DNA of 64,000 nt, from positions 256,001 through 320,000 of the forward strand of contig CAVTJJ010000004.1 in the NCBI GenBank assembly GCA_963735035.1, written 5' to 3'. This stretch comes from an uncultured candidate division Zixibacteria bacterium (GTDB taxonomy: Bacteria; Zixibacteria; MSB-5A5; GN15; FEB-12). Of the stretch, positions 20,443 through 30,172 are shown piece by piece. A model generated the notes under the pieces. It searched no databases. It saw nothing but the letters and a program-made list of their open reading frames with translations, and was not told the origin of the DNA. The position numbers were made by a program, and so were the translations under genes. Every line of letters begins with the position of its first letter. The stretch's first letter is position 1.

Positions 20443-21822
20443 TCAGCGCCGGGGCGGCGGCGGTATTTCGCAGATTACATACCGCGTCTTCCCTGACGGT
20501 GCCTGCGGAATGCTATCCACAACTTCAAAGGCCACTGTAACTTCGGGGCCCAGGATGGTCTTCATGTTCTGCTCGAGAAAACTGAAAGTCTCCTGTGTCG
20601 GCGTGGGCTTGTCGGTCAGGCGGATCAGAAAATGAGTAAGAGACTTCTGGATGAACTGCATCTGGCCCACCGCCACGTCGTCGTGACCGGTAGTCAGGTG
20701 AATGCCCAGTACGTTTCCGCTATGGCGCGTGCCGTCCGGGCTGTAGATACAGTCAAGGACCCTCCCGACTGTCGCGTCCATGCGAGTGAGCCCCCGACCA
20801 CAAGAGCAATCTCCGGAGAGCGGGACGCCGTAATCGTTGATCCGGTAACGGATGAGCGGCATCCCGTAGTTGGTCAGGTCGGTGATGAGCATCTCACCTT
20901 CTTCACCGGGCGCCACCGCTTTGCCGTCCACTACGAATTCAACCAGACTGCTTTCCATGGCGATATGCAGTCCCCGGTGCGCCGAGCATTCCGCCGCCGT
21001 GTTGCCGACCTCACGCGAGCCATACATGTCGTGCACCGGACATTGGAAAACTTCTTCCATCGTCTTTCGATGCGCCGCATAGAGAACCTCACCGGTCGCC
21101 ATGATTCCCCGTACGCGCGGCAGCGGCAGGTTGTAGGTCTGAGCCATCTCGATAAACGAATAGAACGATACCGGAAAGACCTTAAGATATTGAGGTCGGA
21201 ATTTACAGAGTTGGTCAGCGATCCGTCGCGCCGTGGCTTCGTTCAGGCTGCCGCCCGGTATCATTTCCAGACGGAATATGTGCCGCTGGGCAAATTTTGT
21301 CTTCCAGCTCTCATGTTCCGGATAGTCGATATGCGCCGGCCAAAACAGGGCGATCTTGTCGCAGGGCTGACAACCCATCAGCCCTTCGTGACGCCAGGCC
21401 AGAGCCTGCTTGATATTGAAACTCTCCTGGTCGGCGTACAATTTGGCCTGCTGTCCGGTAGTGCCCCCGGTATAATGCACCAGCAGTTTGTCTTTCTTGT
21501 AGCGGCTCGATATCAGCTCGTCGGCATGGCCGTAAACGTCATCCCGTGAGAGAATCGGAAAGCGCGATATATCATCAAGCGATTTCAACGAAGCGGGGGC
21601 GAGTCCGTGTGCGTCGAAAGTTCGACGATAGAACGCACAGGTATCGTATGCGTGTCGAAGCAATTCCTTCAGATGCTGGAATTGGTAATCCAGCAATTGC
21701 TGCCGCGACCAGAATTGACTCTGATCGTAGAACTTCTTGTGACGGAGCGCCGATGAGCGGTTGTAGCGCTTGAGCATAAAAGGCAACGCGGTGTGGCGAA
21801 GAAAGGCCGAATACAGACTCAT
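20443..21822 (-). CDS. Phenylacetate-CoA ligase family / CapK-like adenylating enzyme
   Basis: YTGGTTG, YGSREVG, TDLTNYGMPLIRY, SGKTR; start at ATG 21822. Confidence 0.88.
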   Translation of the reverse strand: MSLYSAFLRHTALPFMLKRYNRSSALRHKKFYDQSQFWSRQQLLDYQFQHLKELLRHAYDTCAFYRRTFDAHGLAPASLKSLDDISRFPILSRDDVYGHADELISSRYKKDKLLVHYTGGTTGQQAKLYADQESFNIKQALAWRHEGLMGCQPCDKIALFWPAHIDYPEHESWKTKFAQRHIFRLEMIPGGSLNEATARRIADQLCKFRPQYLKVFPVSFYSFIEMAQTYNLPLPRVRGIMATGEVLYAAHRKTMEEVFQCPVHDMYGSREVGNTAAECSAHRGLHIAMESSLVEFVVDGKAVAPGEEGEMLITDLTNYGMPLIRYRINDYGVPLSGDCSCGRGLTRMDATVGRVLDCIYSPDGTRHSGNVLGIHLTTGHDDVAVGQMQFIQKSLTHFLIRLTDKPTPTQETFSFLEQNMKTILGPEVTVAFEVVDSIPQAPSGKTRYVICEIPPPPRR

Positions 21823-21823
21823 C

Positions 21824-22756
21824 TCAGGCTCCCATCCACCATATCTTGAGCAATCGCCCGTAGAACTGCCGACCTTCGGACGCGCTCGCACTTCCCATGA
21901 CCAGCTTCAAAGTGGCAAATAGATAAGACCAGCAGATGAAGGGTAGATAGATCAGCTTGAAGAGGGGATAGCGTCCAGAATGATGTTTTCTGAAGAACAG
22001 TTGTCGGCTGCGAAAGAAATTCGCTTCCGAATCCATCCAACCCCGTTTCTTCCGGCTGACTCCCACCAGATGCACTACCTCGGTACCGGGAAGATAATAT
22101 CCGAAGAGTCCCAGCCTGCGCATGCGGAGGAAATAATCGACTTCCTCGGAAAACAGAAAGTAATCCTCGGCCAACACACCTACCTTCTTGACAACATCGC
22201 CGCGAATAATTAGACAGGCCGCCGAAAGCACTTCGGATTCGGTCGGCTGAGTGAGCGTGGTCCAGTCAACCGGCGCCGCGGCCAACAGTCTTCGAAACAG
22301 GCCGTTGAACGGCTCAAAATGGCTCGCCAGACAATATCGAAGCTCACCGTGAAGGGTCGGCAGTTTCTTGAGAGGCGCCTCGACAATTCCTTCGGCGTTC
22401 TTTAGTTTTGGTCCCGCCGCGCCCACGTCCGGATGGCTCACCATGTATTCGTACATCTCGCGAATGGAATTGCGGGGCACGATGGTATCGGTATTCAGAA
22501 GCAGATAGTACTCCGCCTCAACCGTTTTCAATATCTGATTGTTTGCCCGCGCAAAACCGACATTCTCGGTGTTGACAATCAGCTTCACCTGCGGAAATTC
22601 AGAGCGAAGCATCGCAACCGAATCATCGCTGGAGGCGTTATCCACCATCCACACTTCAGCGTCGAGGCCTTCCAAAGCCGTGAACACCGTCTTCAGGCAG
22701 TCGCGAGTCAGAGCGCAGGTGTTCCAGTTGACCATGACCACGGCCAGTTGGGTCAT
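21824..22756 (-). CDS. Glycosyltransferase family 2 (WbbL/rhamnosyltransferase-like)
   Basis: VNWNT, VDNASSD, NVGFARANNQ, LLNTD, FLFSEEVD; TGATG overlap with the upstream gene. Confidence 0.9.
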   Translation of the reverse strand: MTQLAVVMVNWNTCALTRDCLKTVFTALEGLDAEVWMVDNASSDDSVAMLRSEFPQVKLIVNTENVGFARANNQILKTVEAEYYLLLNTDTIVPRNSIREMYEYMVSHPDVGAAGPKLKNAEGIVEAPLKKLPTLHGELRYCLASHFEPFNGLFRRLLAAAPVDWTTLTQPTESEVLSAACLIIRGDVVKKVGVLAEDYFLFSEEVDYFLRMRRLGLFGYYLPGTEVVHLVGVSRKKRGWMDSEANFFRSRQLFFRKHHSGRYPLFKLIYLPFICWSYLFATLKLVMGSASASEGRQFYGRLLKIWWMGA

Positions 22757-23715
22757 CAGGCGCTCACTCTCTCCTGAAGCCAGGTGGTAATCATGTCGAA
22801 CAACTGGCGACTCGATTCCAAGCTGGAGAAGGTATGGTTTGACTTGGGAATTCGAACAATGCGGTGCAGTGACTGGCAATCGGCATACCGACGCGTAAAC
22901 GAATTCAGAAACACGCGGTCAAAATCGTAGGTAGCGCGGTCCAACTCGGGCATAACAAACAATACCTGCTTGCCGGACTTGAGCAGACGATCAAGCGCCG
23001 CGAGATAGATCCGATTGAGCAGGCTCCCCTTGTCTTCCGTGGCGGGCGGCGATACGAGGTCTTCTTGCTTGCGGGGCCGGAACCGTGAGAGAACGTCGTG
23101 TGCTTTCGTCTTGACTGAATTGAACATATCCCGGTAGTCCGACTGACCGGTAACAAACCGCCACCAGGCTTTGGGATTGAACGCCCGATGCGCGTACATC
23201 GATAACATCTGGTCAGCCTGGAAGACGTGCATGGTGGAGAGCTCGACCTCGGCCGAGGTCACCGTCACCGGACCCGCGATGAAAACCACGCCGTCGGTCT
23301 TGCCGTCGCTGGCGGCGGTGATAGTCGCGGTCAGAGCGCCCCCGCACAGTCCGGCGAAGAATAATTTCGTGGGTTGAAATCGTTCGCGCAGGTAGGCCAG
23401 AAGCTCCTCTGAATCTTCGCGGAACAGACCGGTCTGGACGGCGTCGTACATATCAATAGCCCGCTCGGTTACGATTTCCCCCTGGCTGTAGCCGATTCGA
23501 GTAGGATCAAACCTGACTACCGTGAATCCGAGTCCTTGCAGATGGCGGGCGAGGCGCACGAACATTCGCGAGTGCGACGTCCGATAGTGCAGCCCTATAT
23601 TGAACAGCACGACCAGCCCGCCGTTGGACCGCTCGGGGGGATGCACGATGCCGTGCATTTCCTGGCCGACTCTATTGGTGAGACTAAAGCACGTTTCCGA
23701 AAAAGCCATTGGCAT
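22756..23715 (-). CDS. Alpha/beta hydrolase, exosortase-associated hydrolase 1-like
   Basis: YRTSHSRMFVRLAR, GLCGGA nucleophile elbow, NHTFS. Confidence 0.8.
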   Translation of the reverse strand: MPMAFSETCFSLTNRVGQEMHGIVHPPERSNGGLVVLFNIGLHYRTSHSRMFVRLARHLQGLGFTVVRFDPTRIGYSQGEIVTERAIDMYDAVQTGLFREDSEELLAYLRERFQPTKLFFAGLCGGALTATITAASDGKTDGVVFIAGPVTVTSAEVELSTMHVFQADQMLSMYAHRAFNPKAWWRFVTGQSDYRDMFNSVKTKAHDVLSRFRPRKQEDLVSPPATEDKGSLLNRIYLAALDRLLKSGKQVLFVMPELDRATYDFDRVFLNSFTRRYADCQSLHRIVRIPKSNHTFSSLESSRQLFDMITTWLQERVSA

Positions 23716-24565
23716 TCAAATATCCCAGGGTCTCGGAAAAGAGGAGCGGCGGCGCAGGCTGCCAGATTTCGGTCTTTTCCCATTCGAATTCCCGAGGCAG
23801 CGCTTTCAGGGTGACATTCTTCATCGCTGTTTGCAACTCCGTGTACTCGGGGCGGATCTTCGCGGGATTGCCGGATATTTGCAGCACCAGGGTGTGGCCA
23901 TCCCGCTCGAACTGGTGCCCGGTCAGGCCGGTTTTCGACGCCGTAAAGAAGAAGTCGCCGGTCAGGTTATATCCCTCGACAGTCAACACTTCGCCGGCTT
24001 CAAGATCTTTGACCAATTGATCACGATTACGCACCACTGCTCCCTCAGTGAGCATCTGCGACGCCAGATGCGAGCGAAGGTGATCGCGGAAATAGCGGGT
24101 GCTGTCGACCACCGGTTCCCACATGACGAGGACATCCGGTCGTAGTTCTTCGGCTACCAGGGCGGCAAGAGTCGCTCCCCAACGGAGCCCCATCAACCCC
24201 ATAATTCGGGCGCCGGTTTTCGCCTGAGCATCGCGATAGACCGCCTTGATATCGAGCAGGCGATCTTCGAGACGGGCATCTTCGAACTCGCCCTCGCTGT
24301 CGCCGTCACCGTAATAGTCGAAACAAACCGCCGCCGCGCCCTGGGCCGCAATTGCCCGGGCCATAGACACATAAACGCGCTGCGTGCGGACTTTTTCCTC
24401 GGCGAGGGGGCTGCATAGAATCATGCAGGAAGAAACCGCGCCCCTCGGAAGATAGTCAGCGCGAAACAGATGTTTGCCGTCGTGTTCAAAAAACCGGTGC
24501 CCTTCCCGAAACGCCGGGCTGGGCATGTTGACGTTTTTGAAATCTACCTGCATTAGTTCTTCCAA
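23684..24565 (-). CDS. Alpha/beta hydrolase, exosortase-associated hydrolase 2-like
   Basis: PLAEE, FDYYGDGDSEG, GLRWGATLA, WEPV, VEGY; paired with hydrolase 1. Confidence 0.8.
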   Translation of the reverse strand: MEELMQVDFKNVNMPSPAFREGHRFFEHDGKHLFRADYLPRGAVSSCMILCSPLAEEKVRTQRVYVSMARAIAAQGAAAVCFDYYGDGDSEGEFEDARLEDRLLDIKAVYRDAQAKTGARIMGLMGLRWGATLAALVAEELRPDVLVMWEPVVDSTRYFRDHLRSHLASQMLTEGAVVRNRDQLVKDLEAGEVLTVEGYNLTGDFFFTASKTGLTGHQFERDGHTLVLQISGNPAKIRPEYTELQTAMKNVTLKALPREFEWEKTEIWQPAPPLLFSETLGYLNANGFFGNVL

Positions 24566-24921
24566 AGTATAGTCTTGTAATACCTTCTCTCTACCGTTTT
24601 TCGTCAGCCGTCAATATTCCTTAACCCGGATGATTCTCTCAGGTGGTCGGATGTCTCGCCAACGACTTTTCAGTCATCGAAAGAGGCCTTTTCTGTGGGC
24701 TGTCGCGAAGCTTATACAAGTCGCGCTGATGCTGTTTCCTCTGAAATCCTCAGCTTTGCCGGTTCGCCCAGGAGGCTATTGAAGTCATCCCGATGCTACC
24801 AGGCCAAGGCGCCGATTGAACCAAGATCTGACGCGAATACCAAATTGGCACTGAATAGAGAGGTTTTCCTGAGCGACTTCATGTCCTGTCGTCTCCCTGA
24901 CAAGACCAACCGATTCTTGAC

Positions 24922-24937
24922 TGCAACTCCTGTTCCG
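24922..24937 (-). promoter_or_regulatory. Candidate sigma54 promoter for the hydrolase 2 operon
   Basis: Minus strand CGGAAC-AGGAG-TTGCA (GG-N10-GC), about 360 bp upstream of the gene. Confidence 0.35.
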
Positions 24938-25258
24938 GCAAGAATATACGGCACTTGCCGAACCAGTTCAAGCCCCAATTGGATCCCCAATCGAGCTTTG
25001 ATTCTACGAAATCTTCTTTTGGCAATTTGGCGCCCTGAGAGTACTCACCTGGGTACAATAGCTGTGCGAAATTTGCACAGTAGGCTTACCGGCTCCGGAG
25101 CGTGGTCATATCTGAGAGTAGCCTATGTCACCGGGGTAAAGAATCAACTAAGTTGACGCGGGCCGGTTGTCGATTAATAGAGAGATAGCGAGTATTGTGG
25201 CCAAAACAGGCCGCGGTTCCCGATTTTCGGGCGGCGGCCAAGACGGACATAAATCAGA

Positions 25259-27157
25259 ATGAACCACCTCTTCGTCACAGAAAAAGCTGCGCTGAGCCAC
25301 CGGACGGCCGGCTCGCCACACGTTTGCCCGCGCGCGAATATCTTCGGGCTGGTTGCTTTCGCGGCACTTCTCGGTCTGGTCGCCAGTCCGGTGGACGCCC
25401 AAACGCCGACCGCTCCGGTCCTGGTCACCACCAGCAGCGTTCAGGGAGCAACGCTGGGGATTCCCCGTTGGAAGGGGTACATGTCGCCCACCAACCCGGA
25501 TAAATTCTGGCTGAGCTTCGCCAACGACGGCAGCACCAATAACATGAGTTACACCACCAACGCCGGTGCGACCTGGAGCAGCAACACCATCACAATCGGC
25601 GCTTACATGGATTATCACCTGTCGCTTTCCGGCCGCAACGACGACCTATATTTCACTTTTCCTTCATCCGTATCTAATGCCATCGGGTTCCGGCATTTCA
25701 GTTCCCCCGCCGAGTCTATCGCCGACGCCGGCAGCCTGGTTACCTTTCCCGGCACGAGCGCCAATCACCGCTCAAGCGTCATGGTGCAAAATAATGGCCG
25801 TATCTGGGTATTCACCCGTCTGGGCAATTCCGCCGCGGAGAACGTTCTTTATCAGTACTCCGACAATGGTGGGTCCACCTGGACTTCCGGCACCGCCGTC
25901 GCCACCGGAGCGGCCAATGTCAGAATCGGATCGATGCCCTATGTCAACGGCAACCCTGTCCTCGTGGTGCTGCATCTCGAAGATGCCCGGGGGTATGAAT
26001 ATTATCTCTGGAACGGGTCGAGTTTTCAGGCGATGCCTGACCATTCGATCTATGCCGGCAATTTCGGCTACGATCGCTGCTTCACCCACAACCAGATCAA
26101 CGATACGGTAATGCACCTGGTATTCGGGGAAGGCACCAATCTTCGTCACGTCTGGAAGAACTACGCCAACGGAACCGGCACCTGGAATACGTCGATTATC
26201 GCCACCGAGGCCAACAACGGCAGTATCGAATGGTATCCTACCAGTACGGTGAGGGGCAACGAGCTGTATGTGTTCTATTGCCGCAGATCATCGGCCGACG
26301 ATGCCACCTCGCGCATCTATTACAAACGCTGGTCACAGGCTTCACAGACGTGGAGTTCCGAGTATCAGGTATCCACTCAGACCTATTCGCGCGATCCGAA
26401 CACCTGTTTTCACGTGCCGGCCACGGCCGACTACATCCCGGTCTTTTACGGGGCGGGCGCGGGTCCCTACAGCATCTATTTCTCCAAGATTTCGGTGACT
26501 CCCGCTTTGACCGATACAATCCCGCCGGACAGTATTGACGATCTCGGCGCGGCTCCTCAGTCAGACGGTGCAGTTACGCTTCAATGGAGCGCGACCGGAG
26601 ACAACGGGAGTGTTGGAACCGCGGCCTCTTATGATATTCGCTACTCGCTGGTGCCTCTCCAGGAATCGAACTGGTCCGACGCGACCCCGCTCGGTAATAC
26701 CCCCAGTCCCGACATAGCCGGTCAGCCGGAATCGTATACCGTCTCCGACCTGCCACCGGGAGTGGTCTATTTTGCGATCAAGTCGGTTGACCACGCGGGC
26801 AACCTTTCGCCTATTTCCAACCTGGCCCTGGTGCTGGTGTCCGACGTAAACGACCCTGATCATGACATCCTGCTGCCGGATCACACGGCCCTGGCGGCCA
26901 TTTATCCAAATCCGTTCAATTCCGATGCCCGGATTGACTATCAGGTTGCTACGGCATCCGTGGTAACGATTCGGGTCTATAACGTCCTGGGCCAGGAAGT
27001 CAAATCCCTGGTTGACGGCCCCCGGTCGAGCGGGAGGTACCAGGTCTTCTGGGACGGCACGGATGACCGGGGAAGCCCGGTAGCCTCGGGCGTCTATTTT
27101 TGCCGTCTCGCAGCCTCCGAAGTCACCGATGTCCGCAAATTAGTGTATCTAAAGTAG
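25259..27157 (+). CDS. Secreted BNR beta-propeller + FN3-like + FlgD/T9SS-like C-terminal domain protein
   Basis: Signal-like N-terminus; TTNAGATW and SDNGGSTW Asp-boxes; DTIPP..WSATGDNG; YPNPFN...VYNVLGQEV...WDGTD..G..VASGVYF..KL. Confidence 0.85.
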   Translation: MNHLFVTEKAALSHRTAGSPHVCPRANIFGLVAFAALLGLVASPVDAQTPTAPVLVTTSSVQGATLGIPRWKGYMSPTNPDKFWLSFANDGSTNNMSYTTNAGATWSSNTITIGAYMDYHLSLSGRNDDLYFTFPSSVSNAIGFRHFSSPAESIADAGSLVTFPGTSANHRSSVMVQNNGRIWVFTRLGNSAAENVLYQYSDNGGSTWTSGTAVATGAANVRIGSMPYVNGNPVLVVLHLEDARGYEYYLWNGSSFQAMPDHSIYAGNFGYDRCFTHNQINDTVMHLVFGEGTNLRHVWKNYANGTGTWNTSIIATEANNGSIEWYPTSTVRGNELYVFYCRRSSADDATSRIYYKRWSQASQTWSSEYQVSTQTYSRDPNTCFHVPATADYIPVFYGAGAGPYSIYFSKISVTPALTDTIPPDSIDDLGAAPQSDGAVTLQWSATGDNGSVGTAASYDIRYSLVPLQESNWSDATPLGNTPSPDIAGQPESYTVSDLPPGVVYFAIKSVDHAGNLSPISNLALVLVSDVNDPDHDILLPDHTALAAIYPNPFNSDARIDYQVATASVVTIRVYNVLGQEVKSLVDGPRSSGRYQVFWDGTDDRGSPVASGVYFCRLAASEVTDVRKLVYLK

Positions 27158-27485
27158 CCTTCCGCCGGCGCCCGTCACGCGGGCTCGTCTCCGTACCCTC
27201 TCCAAAATCTGTCGCGTTCAATTGAGGACAAAGTACTCTGTCCGAAACTCAAATGTCGACCCAATTTATCTATTATCGTTCAGGCGGGTAACGGATTGGG
27301 CGCTCCGCGCCAGCTCGATCTTATTCTACATGAAAATGCTGTTTGGTCCCCGAGATATCAAATTGTTGGTGACCTTTGGCGCCCTTTACTGTTATACTCG
27401 CGGTGGATTCATGTGAGAATCCGATCCGAACAGCAGTAAGGGCTTCTATAGTCAACCATTTCACACAAAGGTCGACAATTAACCA

Positions 27486-28640
27486 ATGTTGAAGCGCCTG
27501 GCAGTTATCATAGTAGCGCTGGCTATCGTAGTGGGTTACTACGGCTGGCACAAGCTCTACTCGGGGAATACCTTCATCTGGCTGTCGGATTATCTATTCC
27601 ATAGCCCTTCTTTCACGCCGCAGGATAAGACTGTCGATATAATCTTCACCGTTGTCGATCACTGGGAACCGGGTGGCCATGAAGAGCCGATGAAGGCATG
27701 GATGGGTCCGTATCGACAGTTGGCTGATAAGCACATCGACGCCGACGGTGTTAAACTACAGCATTCCTGGTTCTATCCGATCGACCAGTTCCGTGGTTTT
27801 GAAGTCGACAGTCTGGTCAAGATGAGCCGGGAGGGATACGGTGACGTGGAAGTCCACCTGCATCACACGGGTGATGATTCCGTGTCGTTGCGACGGAAAT
27901 ATGTCGATGGCATCGACTCGCTTCAGGCGCACGGGGCACTTATTTCGCCCGATGGCCGCGTGCATTTCGCTTTCGTTCATGGCAACTGGGCGCTGGACAA
28001 CTCACGGATGAACGGCACCCATGACTACTGCGGCGTCAATAACGAGATTACGATACTACAACAACTGGGCTGTTTCGCCGATTTCACGTTCCCGTCGCTA
28101 GGTCAGACCTCGCAGCCGTCGCTGGTCAACAAGATCTACTACTGCAAGGACGATCCGATCAAACCAAAATCGTACGACAGCGGGATCCAGTCGTCAGTCG
28201 GCCTGGTCACGCAACCGAATCAATTCATGATCTTTGAAGGCCCCCTGGTAATAGACTGGCATAATTGGCAATTCATTACGCATCCGGACTTTGAGGATGG
28301 GAATCTGTACTGGGAGGTCAAGAGTTCCCTGCACCGATTCGAAGACTGGCTCAGTGCCGATGTCCATGTGGAAGGGCGCCCCAACTGGGTCTTTGTGCGA
28401 CCTTTTACACACGGTTGTTCACTCCACAAGCCGGAAGATTATTCGAATATCCTCGGTGACAATTTCAACCAGATGTTGACCGACATGGAGAAGAACTACA
28501 ACGATGGCACCCGCTATCGTCTGCACTATATGACCGCCCGCGAGGCGTACAACGTGGCCAGAGCGGCCCAGGCCGGGCTCGACGGTAATCCCAATGATTA
28601 CCGCGACTACGAAATCAAACCCTATAATTACAGTCGTTAA
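27486..28640 (+). CDS. Conserved hypothetical exported protein, possibly a metal-dependent carbohydrate esterase
   Basis: N-terminal TM/signal; DHWEP, EVHLHH, FVHGNWALDNS, GCFADFTFPS, THG motifs. Confidence 0.6.
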   Translation: MLKRLAVIIVALAIVVGYYGWHKLYSGNTFIWLSDYLFHSPSFTPQDKTVDIIFTVVDHWEPGGHEEPMKAWMGPYRQLADKHIDADGVKLQHSWFYPIDQFRGFEVDSLVKMSREGYGDVEVHLHHTGDDSVSLRRKYVDGIDSLQAHGALISPDGRVHFAFVHGNWALDNSRMNGTHDYCGVNNEITILQQLGCFADFTFPSLGQTSQPSLVNKIYYCKDDPIKPKSYDSGIQSSVGLVTQPNQFMIFEGPLVIDWHNWQFITHPDFEDGNLYWEVKSSLHRFEDWLSADVHVEGRPNWVFVRPFTHGCSLHKPEDYSNILGDNFNQMLTDMEKNYNDGTRYRLHYMTAREAYNVARAAQAGLDGNPNDYRDYEIKPYNYSR

Positions 28641-28668
28641 GTGCCGGAGTCTTAGTTGTCTGGTCGCG

Positions 28669-30000
28669 CTACTTTGTGGCGGCATTCATAATTTCGGCCA
28701 GTTTACGGGATTGCGCTCGCCGGTCAAATTCTTCTGGTATCCGCAATGCGGATTGGGGCGCCCCATCAGCCCGTTGCCATTTAGAGTAGGCGTCTGTCAG
28801 ATATCCTACCGCAGTTTCAATATCGGGTCCGGTCACACAGTATCCGGGGCTGTGGCGGTCGATTAGCTGCTTGGCTTCACCTTCCGGCACCAAAGCCAGA
28901 ATCGGCCTCCCGGTAGCAATATACTCGAATAGCTTAGCTGGAATAACCCCTGCGACTTCGTCACCAAAGCCGAGTATCAGCAGGAGTAAATCGGCCGCCC
29001 ACAACTGAGTCAGGACCTCATGATGGGGTACGTGCGGTGTGAAACTAATCATAGCGCGAACTCGTGAATCGGTGATGAAACTCTCCGCGCCGGGCGTGTT
29101 GCCAATGAACTTAATTTCACACTGGCTTGAAGCTTCTGGACATTTTTCGATGAAAGCCTTGACGGCATTGAAGAAGAACGACGGGTCACGCCGTCCGTAC
29201 AGCGATCCCAGATGAAGGATTGTGAAGCGTTTGTTCTTTTCCGTCGGGAACTTTACCCCTCGGAAGTCATCGGCGTCGAGACCGTTGGTAATGGTGTGCA
29301 CCCGGCCGGGGTCTAAGCCACGGTTGTGGAGTCTGATGGAATCCGAGAACTTATCAGACGCGGTCGTTACGGCGGAGGAACGGGCCAGCACTTTTCGTTC
29401 CACCCAGCTATCCACGCGCTTGAGAGCCGACGGCCGGTCCAAGAGATCATAAGCTTCGTTCTGAGTCCACAGATCGCGGAAATCCACAACATGGGGTATT
29501 CTCAGCAATCCCGCAATCTGGGCGCCGATCACATGAGCCGAGGCAGGGGGAGAGGTAGACAGGACCAGATCGATACCTTCCTTCCTCACCGCTCTAATCC
29601 CCGTAGCAGTCCCGAACGGAATCCAGAGGCTGCTTGAATCGGGCGTGGAGAGAGTCTGGCGGATAAGTCGCTTCAGCCCTGACCCCGCCGCAGGCGATGG
29701 CGGCGCAGAGGCTTCCTGTTTCTTTGCACCGTCTGGCTTCTCGACGGATTTTGACTTGGCCGCACCTCGCCGATCCCACCACATGAAAGGATCCCAGGCG
29801 CGGGATCGATACACTTTCAATTCAGGATCGAGATCTCTGGCAAGGGCCTCATCTTTCGCATAGTTGAACCCGGTTTTGACCGTAAGGACAACCGGCTGCC
29901 AGCCAAACTGCGGAAGGAATTTGCAAAACTTGATGACCCGATAGACGCCGACTGCGGCCATTGGGGGAAAGGCATAGGAAATGATCAGTACTTTCTTCAC
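28669..30000 (-). CDS. Glycosyltransferase family 4
   Basis: SYAFPP, TSPP, DFRDLW, ITNGLD, GSLYGRR, PAKLFEY. Confidence 0.9.
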   Translation of the reverse strand: MKKVLIISYAFPPMAAVGVYRVIKFCKFLPQFGWQPVVLTVKTGFNYAKDEALARDLDPELKVYRSRAWDPFMWWDRRGAAKSKSVEKPDGAKKQEASAPPSPAAGSGLKRLIRQTLSTPDSSSLWIPFGTATGIRAVRKEGIDLVLSTSPPASAHVIGAQIAGLLRIPHVVDFRDLWTQNEAYDLLDRPSALKRVDSWVERKVLARSSAVTTASDKFSDSIRLHNRGLDPGRVHTITNGLDADDFRGVKFPTEKNKRFTILHLGSLYGRRDPSFFFNAVKAFIEKCPEASSQCEIKFIGNTPGAESFITDSRVRAMISFTPHVPHHEVLTQLWAADLLLLILGFGDEVAGVIPAKLFEYIATGRPILALVPEGEAKQLIDRHSPGYCVTGPDIETAVGYLTDAYSKWQRADGAPQSALRIPEEFDRRAQSRKLAEIMNAATK

Positions 30001-30172
30001 ACACGGTCCTTGGCCGAGTTGGCAACAATCGGCATCAGGGAGTATTATATCGGCAGTTAGCGACCGGGGTAAAGTATTTAGCGTGGCGGACCGACCAGAA
30101 TTTATGAAGCTTGACTTGGAAGTTAGTGTCTCGTTTCATTGAAACATTGTGAATTAACGGAAGAAAAGCCCA

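Noticed and set aside
20632..21549. Long antisense ORFs (also 38150-38983, 59178-59906 and 60120-60860)
   Set aside because: Shadow frames of well-supported genes in GC-rich DNA
24695..25156. 153-aa ORF in the divergent intergenic region
   Set aside because: No RBS or family motif; more likely promoter DNA
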